IMG/VR virus record: IMGVR_UViG_3300044492_000094
Span: 1 to 35,611 of that record
Length of the DNA: 35,611 bases
Direction: 5' to 3' (one strand)
Source of the DNA: a virus
Taxonomy: Duplodnaviria; Caudoviricetes
Shown: piece by piece, positions 30,222 to 35,611 of the stretch
Position numbering within the stretch: position 1 is the stretch's first letter
Layout of the letters: each line of letters opens with the position of its first letter
The notes under the pieces: model-generated
The model's input: the letters and a program-made list of their open reading frames with translations, nothing else
Told to the model about the DNA's origin: nothing
The model's database searches: none
Made by a program: the position numbers and the translations under genes

Positions 30222-31942
30222 CAGTAGGTCTCCGCAGAGGGGCTGTTATAGCCCGAGAACAGCGACATGATGTCATTCGCCGCGTTCGAGGTGCCCCCCT
30301 TGGTCGGCACCGCCCCGAGCTTCTGCGCCGTGTCGGCGCTCTGGTTGACCATCGCCGCCTGCTCTGCCGCCTGCTGTGCCTGTGCGCGCTGGTCGCGGAC
30401 CAGTGCCGCCTCCTCGCTCGAGACGATCAGGTCGGGGTCGACGCCCAATGCATCGGCATAGGCGTCGGCCCACTTGTCGGCGTCGAACTTGTCGAGCACC
30501 GTCGGCTTGAAGCTCGCCACCGTGCCGAGCGTGCCGACATAGCGGTCGAGCGCCGTCGTCGAGACTGCGCGCTGGGCCTGTGCGAGGGTCGATATGAACT
30601 CGACCCTGACCGGCATGCCGTTCATCTCGGGCGGCGGCACCGGCAATATGCCTGCGGCCAGCGCATCCTCGAACGTGCCGCCGACCAGCGGTGAGAGAAG
30701 CTCGTCGTGGAGCCGCTCGAGCACCGGCCCGAGCATCAGCAGCTTCTCCTCGTGGCGCTCGGCGACCTCGGTCGCGGTCATGTTCTTGTCACTCTGCGCG
30801 ATCATCAGGAACAGGTCGGCGTAGAAGGTGCTCTCGATCCGCTGGCGGACGTCCTGAATGTCGGCGAGCAGGTGGTTGAGGTCGAGCCGCACCTCGAACA
30901 GCGAGCCGATCGACTGGCCTCCAGCTGCTGCGATGTCGAGATAGTTGACCCCACCGGGCAGCTGGTTGATCTCGCGGCCCTTCATCGCCGAGGGCACCTG
31001 CAAGGGCGGCTTGGTCATGTAGTCGATGCCCTGCGCCTTGCGCAGCTGCTCGTGCTGCAGCTGCTTGATATCGCCCAGCGCCTCCATGCCGGGGCTGTAC
31101 CCGTAGATGTCGTTGGCGTTGGTCTGCCAGCGTGGCGCCAGCGGCCTGAACCGCTTGAAGCCGCCCTCGCGCAGGTAGACGTTCGGCGGCGTGCCCTGCT
31201 CATAGTAGCAGCTGCGATAGGGCATGTTCTTGGCGTCGCTCTTGGTGCGATCGCGATCGGCACGCGGCTCGATGACGTGCATGATCGGTATCCATGCATC
31301 GAGGTTGCCGTTGTTCCAGAGGTTCTGCACCGTCCCCGAGACATTGTCCCAGCCGAACTCGCCGACCAGTTCGTGGACGGTCTTGGAAAGCTCGCGGAAC
31401 AGCGTGTTGACCCGCCCTTCCGCGTCGGTCGCCAGCGCGTACTGGCCGATCGTGCAGGGGTAGTGGTGGATGACATTGTCGAAATTGGGCAGCGGGATCG
31501 TGACCGCCGTGCCGAAGCAGCCCAGTTCCTCGTAGCAGGTCTGCAGCGCCCGGTAGGTGTTCGAGCGTGCAAACACATCGAGCATGATGCGGCGCACATC
31601 GGCGAGCCACAGCTTGACCGAGTGATATTCGGTAAGCTCGGGGTCGGCGGTGGTCAGCCTGAACCACGGCCTCGCAGGGCTCGTCACCCCCGCCATCATC
31701 CCCGAGGAGAGGATGCGCAGGGCACGGGTCGCGGTGTTGTCGTAGATGTTGTTGTGGCGCTTCTCGCCCCGGTTCGCGTCACTGACGAGGAACTGGCCGA
31801 GCCTCGGCTGGAGGACGGTCGAGATCTCCTGCCAGTGGGGAAACCATGTCGAGCGCTCGGTCTTGAGCACCGACCAGCGCTCGTTGAGCCGGTCCTTGTG
31901 GGGCTTGCCCGCAGTGCCGGGGCGGTAGGTGTCGGGCTTCAT
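30221..31942 (-). CDS. Portal (head-to-tail connector) protein
   Basis: TSPARPWF.L, YGYSPGMEALGD, MTATEVAERHEEKLLMLGPVLERL motifs; 573 aa. Confidence 0.95.
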   Translation of the reverse strand: MKPDTYRPGTAGKPHKDRLNERWSVLKTERSTWFPHWQEISTVLQPRLGQFLVSDANRGEKRHNNIYDNTATRALRILSSGMMAGVTSPARPWFRLTTADPELTEYHSVKLWLADVRRIMLDVFARSNTYRALQTCYEELGCFGTAVTIPLPNFDNVIHHYPCTIGQYALATDAEGRVNTLFRELSKTVHELVGEFGWDNVSGTVQNLWNNGNLDAWIPIMHVIEPRADRDRTKSDAKNMPYRSCYYEQGTPPNVYLREGGFKRFRPLAPRWQTNANDIYGYSPGMEALGDIKQLQHEQLRKAQGIDYMTKPPLQVPSAMKGREINQLPGGVNYLDIAAAGGQSIGSLFEVRLDLNHLLADIQDVRQRIESTFYADLFLMIAQSDKNMTATEVAERHEEKLLMLGPVLERLHDELLSPLVGGTFEDALAAGILPVPPPEMNGMPVRVEFISTLAQAQRAVSTTALDRYVGTLGTVASFKPTVLDKFDADKWADAYADALGVDPDLIVSSEEAALVRDQRAQAQQAAEQAAMVNQSADTAQKLGAVPTKGGTSNAANDIMSLFSGYNSPSAETY

Positions 31943-32274
31943 CCGCCGAGCGCCGAGGTCGAGCCGAGCAGGCCCTGCACGCCGCCGCCCAAGGCGGACG
32001 ATATGCTCGAGCCCAAGCGGCTGGTCAGCATCGTCGAGCCGATCCCCGACGAATTGCGCAGCGCGTTCATCCCGCTGATCACGCCGAGGTCAGGGGTCTT
32101 CTGGTTGAGCCGGTTGTTCTCGCGGGTCTGCCGGGCACGCTCCTCTGCCGCCTGCCGCTCGGCCTGACGCGCGCCCTTCTTGGCAGCCTTGGCCTGCTTG
32201 GCGCCCGAATAGACCGACGTCCCCGCACCGATGACGGCTGAGCCGACGATCGCAGCTGAGATCGGATCACACAT
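31939..32274 (-). CDS. Small virion protein upstream of portal (111 aa, T7 gp7.3-like position)
   Basis: GGAG RBS before MCDPISAAIVG; C-terminal STMLT...ALGG typical. Confidence 0.75.
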   Translation of the reverse strand: MCDPISAAIVGSAVIGAGTSVYSGAKQAKAAKKGARQAERQAAEERARQTRENNRLNQKTPDLGVISGMNALRNSSGIGSTMLTSRLGSSISSALGGGVQGLLGSTSALGG

Positions 32275-32287
32275 GCAGGAGGCTCCA

Positions 32288-33913
32288 TCAGGACTGGATC
32301 GCATAGGGATCATACTCGCCCTGCGCCCGCATACGCGAACCCCTCGCTGATCGCAGGTCCTCCATGCGCGGCGTGTCGATCAGGGCGAGGATGACAGCGC
32401 TTGCCCGATCGGGGCTGCGGCCCGTCCGCTTGACGATCTCCTCGCGGCTCTCGACCTCGATGATCGGGCCTCTCAGGCGCCACTTGGGCGCGGCAAGCTC
32501 GGCGAGTAGCTCGGGCTCGGGCGGCAGTGCCGCGCCGTTATTGGCCTCGGGGTCGAGCCACTCGCGCATCCGCCACCACAGTTCGGATCTGAGGTTCTGG
32601 AAGCTCAGCCGCCCCGACCTGTCGGTGCCGACGGCGCGCTCGGCGACGTTTACACCCATCACCTGCTGGCGTGCGCCGACGAGGAAGTCATAGGGGCTGG
32701 CACCCACCCCGATCACGTCGATGTGGATGGGGGCACGGTCACGCTGGTGCTGGATCACCAGCCCGGCGATGCTCGGCCCATTGGGGGTGGCGGTGCCGGG
32801 GAAGACGAGGGTGCGATCGAACCAGTTGTCGTGGCGCCGCGCGATCGTCGTGTTGTCCTTGCCGCCTCGAGCCACGTCGACGCCCATCGAGTGCATGAAG
32901 GGGATGATGTCGGGGCTTCGCCAGCGGTCCATCGCCCGCTCGATCCATAGCGTCGGGATCACTTGCCATATATCGTCTTGGGTCCCGGCGTTGAAGTCGC
33001 CGTTAAGCATCTGAGATCGCAGGGGTTCCGGGAGAGCTTGTAAGGTCGACATGTAGCCTGTCCCGTAGAGGTAGGGGTTGTCGGTGATCTTGCTCGGGAT
33101 GAACGTGCGCGATCGCGGCGTGATTATCTCGGTGGGCTTGGTGCTGGGCGGGTACGTGTAAACGGGCTCGCCGTCCTCGAGCACGAAGGTCTCAGGGCCA
33201 TCGACCCAGATGTCCGCCGACCCGCCGCGTCCATCGGGGATCATCGCGGCGTAGCGCACCTCGCCGGGGGGTGTGGGGTAGAGGTGGTGCTTCTGATCGA
33301 GCCACGGCGCGAAGAACGGGATGATCCACCGGCCTTCCGCCGAGGTGGGCGGGTTGAAGTTGAGCAGCGCTTGGCACGGCTGGTTGGGGTCCACGGTGCG
33401 CAGCCAGCCCATCAGGAAGCGGACCTGCGCCTCGAGGAAGTTCGACGCCTCGTCGAACACGAGCAGATCGTGCGCCCTGCCCTGATAGCGCATCTCGTCG
33501 CCGAGGTGAGGCGTCGAGCCGAACTCGATCTGCTTGCCGTTGGCGAGCCGCCAGATGCGATCGGCGCCGTTGTAGCCGTCGCGGTTGCCCAGCAGCGCGG
33601 TGAACTCGTCGATGATGCCGACCAGCTGGGTGGCCTCGCGCCGCAGGATCATGGTGCGGGTGTGCTTGGTCAGCGCCTTGCCCACGGCGAGGTAGGATTT
33701 GCCGCCTCCCGCCGCCCCGCCGAAGCCGATGATGTCCGCCTCGCTGACATAGGCAGCAGTCTGCGGCCCCGGCAGTGGGAAGAACAGCTGCTGGGCCAGC
33801 AGCTGGTCGATCTCAGCCAGTTCGGAGCGTGTCAGGTAGGGTAGAAGATCGGCGATTTCGCGCCTGCTCGGCGATCGTGGCCCACCGGCAGTTGCCGGGC
33901 TCGTAGTTGCCAT
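32288..33913 (-). CDS. terL: Terminase large subunit (start uncertain)
   Basis: Walker [10 protein letters not shown], Walker B LLVFDEA, nuclease [10 protein letters not shown] and SPDRA motifs. Confidence 0.95.
   Translation of the reverse strand: MATTSPATAGGPRSPSRREIADLLPYLTRSELAEIDQLLAQQLFFPLPGPQTAAYVSEADIIGFGGAAGGGKSYLAVGKALTKHTRTMILRREATQLVGIIDEFTALLGNRDGYNGADRIWRLANGKQIEFGSTPHLGDEMRYQGRAHDLLVFDEASNFLEAQVRFLMGWLRTVDPNQPCQALLNFNPPTSAEGRWIIPFFAPWLDQKHHLYPTPPGEVRYAAMIPDGRGGSADIWVDGPETFVLEDGEPVYTYPPSTKPTEIITPRSRTFIPSKITDNPYLYGTGYMSTLQALPEPLRSQMLNGDFNAGTQDDIWQVIPTLWIERAMDRWRSPDIIPFMHSMGVDVARGGKDNTTIARRHDNWFDRTLVFPGTATPNGPSIAGLVIQHQRDRAPIHIDVIGVGASPYDFLVGARQQVMGVNVAERAVGTDRSGRLSFQNLRSELWWRMREWLDPEANNGAALPPEPELLAELAAPKWRLRGPIIEVESREEIVKRTGRSPDRASAVILALIDTPRMEDLRSARGSRMRAQGEYDPYAIQS
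32309..32342 (-). promoter_or_regulatory. Candidate late promoter copy 3 (GGGTTCGCGT-N18-TATGAT) within the terL 3' end
   Basis: Exact box, spacing and -10 match to copy 2; upstream of the portal operon. Confidence 0.7.
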
Positions 33914-34376
33914 AGGGGTCGATCCTGTCGATGGTGCGCTCTAGCGGGCGCTCGCCCATATCCTCGAGGAAATTGGCGAAGGTGTGCCAGCGTTTACACA
34001 CCGTAACGCCCTTCGCCCCATACTTGTAGAACCCGCTCGACTTGGGCTTGTGGCAACGGGCGAGCATCGAGTGCCATGTGGCGTAGGTGCGCGATACTTG
34101 GCCGATGCGGGCATGGCCGTGAGACAGCCTGCCGCCTACAGGCCGCTTGCTTAGGTTGCGCAGCTTGGATGCCACCATCGCACAGCCGCAGGACTGGATG
34201 CGCCCGTCTCTAAGCCTAACCCCCGGTCGTATGCTGATGTTGCCGCAAGAGCAGCGGCAGCGCCACAGCGCCAGATTGTTCTTGTCCTTGCCCGCGTAGC
34301 CCTCGACCGTCAGCCTGCCATGCTGCTCGCCGGTCATATCCTTGATGTTGCTAGGTGGTTGGTCATGCGAGGTCAC
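33813..34376 (-). CDS. HNH homing endonuclease (start at GTG 34376, ATG 34385 or ATG 34337)
   Basis: [70 protein letters not shown]; atypical codon usage. Confidence 0.9.
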   Translation of the reverse strand: MTSHDQPPSNIKDMTGEQHGRLTVEGYAGKDKNNLALWRCRCSCGNISIRPGVRLRDGRIQSCGCAMVASKLRNLSKRPVGGRLSHGHARIGQVSRTYATWHSMLARCHKPKSSGFYKYGAKGVTVCKRWHTFANFLEDMGERPLERTIDRIDPYGNYEPGNCRWATIAEQARNRRSSTLPDTLRTG

Positions 34377-34821
34377 CCTGATCATCCTCTTTGCGCTGCG
34401 CCGCGAGGTTGATCAGACTTGCCAATCTCGATGCGCGCTCGGTGTCGCTGATCACCAGTGGCCCACCGTTCGGCCCGCTGATCTCATTGCGCATCCGCTC
34501 GCCATATTTGGCACTATTCATTTTCGAGAGCAACCAGCGATCGGCATCGAAAGCCAGCTTGCCCTTCTGGGGATCGGTCGCCGCCTTGGCGTCCATCACA
34601 GCCTTCTCAGCCCGCACATCCCAGCCGATCTCACGCGCCCGCGCGATACGGGCCGAGAGGGTAGGATCACTGTCCACACGATAGCTTATGCTCGACCTAC
34701 GAGGCATGCCCGGCATCGCCGATATCTCGGTGAGATTATGCCCCTCGAGCAGCAGCTGCTCGACCCTGTCGATGATCGCGGGGGTCACCGGCACGGGGGG
34801 TTTGGAAGGTGCTCGCGCCAT
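34363..34821 (-). CDS. terS: Terminase small subunit
   Basis: N-terminal HTH ([15 protein letters not shown]), ARAREIG, RWLLSK...KYGE and [10 protein letters not shown] motifs of Sf6/P22-type TerS; upstream of terL. Confidence 0.85.
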   Translation of the reverse strand: MARAPSKPPVPVTPAIIDRVEQLLLEGHNLTEISAMPGMPRRSSISYRVDSDPTLSARIARAREIGWDVRAEKAVMDAKAATDPQKGKLAFDADRWLLSKMNSAKYGERMRNEISGPNGGPLVISDTERASRLASLINLAAQRKEDDQGDLA

Positions 34822-34824
34822 CGG

Positions 34825-35073
34825 TCACTCGTCGAACATGCGCCCGACGAAGCGCAGCAGCCCCGCCTGCGCAAAAGCGTCGAAGCTGCCCGCCTGCACA
34901 TAGCCGGTGAGCGCAGCACCATCCTCGATCTTGCCGTAGGCGACGATGATGTGCTCGGCGTCGAGGTCACCCGACCTGACCCGGTGGAGCAGCGCCTCGA
35001 GACAGTCCTCGATGCTGTAGCTGCCGGGCATGCCGTCGCCGCTGTCCCAGCGCTTGCGGGCGATGTCGTTCAT
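34825..35073 (-). CDS. Hypothetical protein (82 aa)
   Basis: Genome-typical codons; directly downstream of promoter copy 4. Confidence 0.75.
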   Translation of the reverse strand: MNDIARKRWDSGDGMPGSYSIEDCLEALLHRVRSGDLDAEHIIVAYGKIEDGAALTGYVQAGSFDAFAQAGLLRFVGRMFDE

Positions 35074-35079
35074 GCGTCC

Positions 35080-35111
35080 GCTATATCACAGCCCGCCGGT
35101 GCCACGCGAAC
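35080..35111 (-). promoter_or_regulatory. Candidate late promoter copy 4 (GTTCGCGT-N18-TATAGC)
   Basis: Same box and spacing; -10 is 6 nt before the ATG at 35073; heads the packaging operon. Confidence 0.65.
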
Positions 35112-35319
35112 GCGACGCGCTGTCATGGTCGAAGCTCGCCCTGCGCTCGGCCTGCATCACCGTGGTCACCTCGAGCGCCTCGATCACGTCCGCCGTCAGC
35201 TGCAGCCCTCCCATCACCTCGAGGGCAACCTCCATGTCGGCCTTCTGGGCGGCTGGGAGGGCGTTGTACGCCCAGAACAGCCTCGTCCGCAGGTCACGTA
35301 GCCCGGCGCCGCTGATCAT
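35086..35319 (-). CDS. Hypothetical protein (77 aa)
   Basis: AAGGAGG RBS; ATGA overlap with the upstream gene. Confidence 0.7.
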   Translation of the reverse strand: MISGAGLRDLRTRLFWAYNALPAAQKADMEVALEVMGGLQLTADVIEALEVTTVMQAERRASFDHDSASRSRGTGGL

Positions 35320-35585
35320 CGCTTGGTGACCTCCTTCCAGCCCGCAGGGGTCGAGGCGCGTCGCCGGAAGTTGACGATGTCGTGGACGGCGCCCTTCGAC
35401 GTCTCGAACTTGCGCGCTATCTCGGCGAAGGTCAACGGCAGCACGCCCTCCTCGCCCTCGGCCAGCTGCCGCATCAGTTCGATCTCGGCATCGCTGAACT
35501 TCGCCGAGGGGTGGCCCTCGCCGATGCGATATCCGCGCTCATCGACCTGCACCATGACGGTCGGCGGTGGCTTGACGCCGGTCAC
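35316..35585 (-). CDS. Small HTH DNA-binding protein resembling HNH-associated C-terminal domains
   Basis: GE.HP.AK.S..E...R....TFAEIARKFETSKGAVHDIV motif. Confidence 0.7.
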   Translation of the reverse strand: MTGVKPPPTVMVQVDERGYRIGEGHPSAKFSDAEIELMRQLAEGEEGVLPLTFAEIARKFETSKGAVHDIVNFRRRASTPAGWKEVTKR

Positions 35586-35611
35586 GCGGTCGAGCGCGTA
35601 AAATCTTGCAC

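Noticed and set aside
31772-31779. Fifth GTTCGCGT box, on the + strand inside the portal gene
   Set aside because: Opposite orientation and no TA-starting hexamer 18 nt downstream; likely chance
1-35611. tRNA, rRNA, integrase, RNA polymerase or endolysin genes
   Set aside because: None recognised in this window; lifestyle (temperate vs lytic) cannot be determined from it

Overview
This window is part of a GC-rich tailed bacteriophage or prophage genome of the podovirus type, with a gene order like Bordetella phage BPP-1 and the T7 supergroup. A short run of small, translationally coupled + strand accessory genes (1-1768) meets, at a terminator near 1800, a ~33.8 kb minus-strand morphogenesis operon. 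That operon encodes TerS, an HNH endonuclease, TerL, portal, scaffold, major capsid, cement protein, tail tubular proteins A and B, four internal virion (ejection) proteins, and a cluster of tail fibre/tailspike genes. The most striking element is the 3574-aa last ejection protein, a polyvalent protein. It carries an R-S-ExE ADP-ribosyltransferase-like domain, an HhH-glycosylase-like domain, a His-type ART-PolyVal-like domain, an EEIQSD-motif domain and an HExxH metallopeptidase. Most modules are separated by similar 'xxQ' junctions, and an apparent out-of-frame gene is nested in one linker. Two non-coding signals recur: a four-copy promoter (GTTCGCGT-N18-TAnnnn) and nine copies of GTGTAAAC. 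GANTC appears to be avoided, which suggests an alphaproteobacterial host. All family assignments come from motif recognition and synteny, not database searches.
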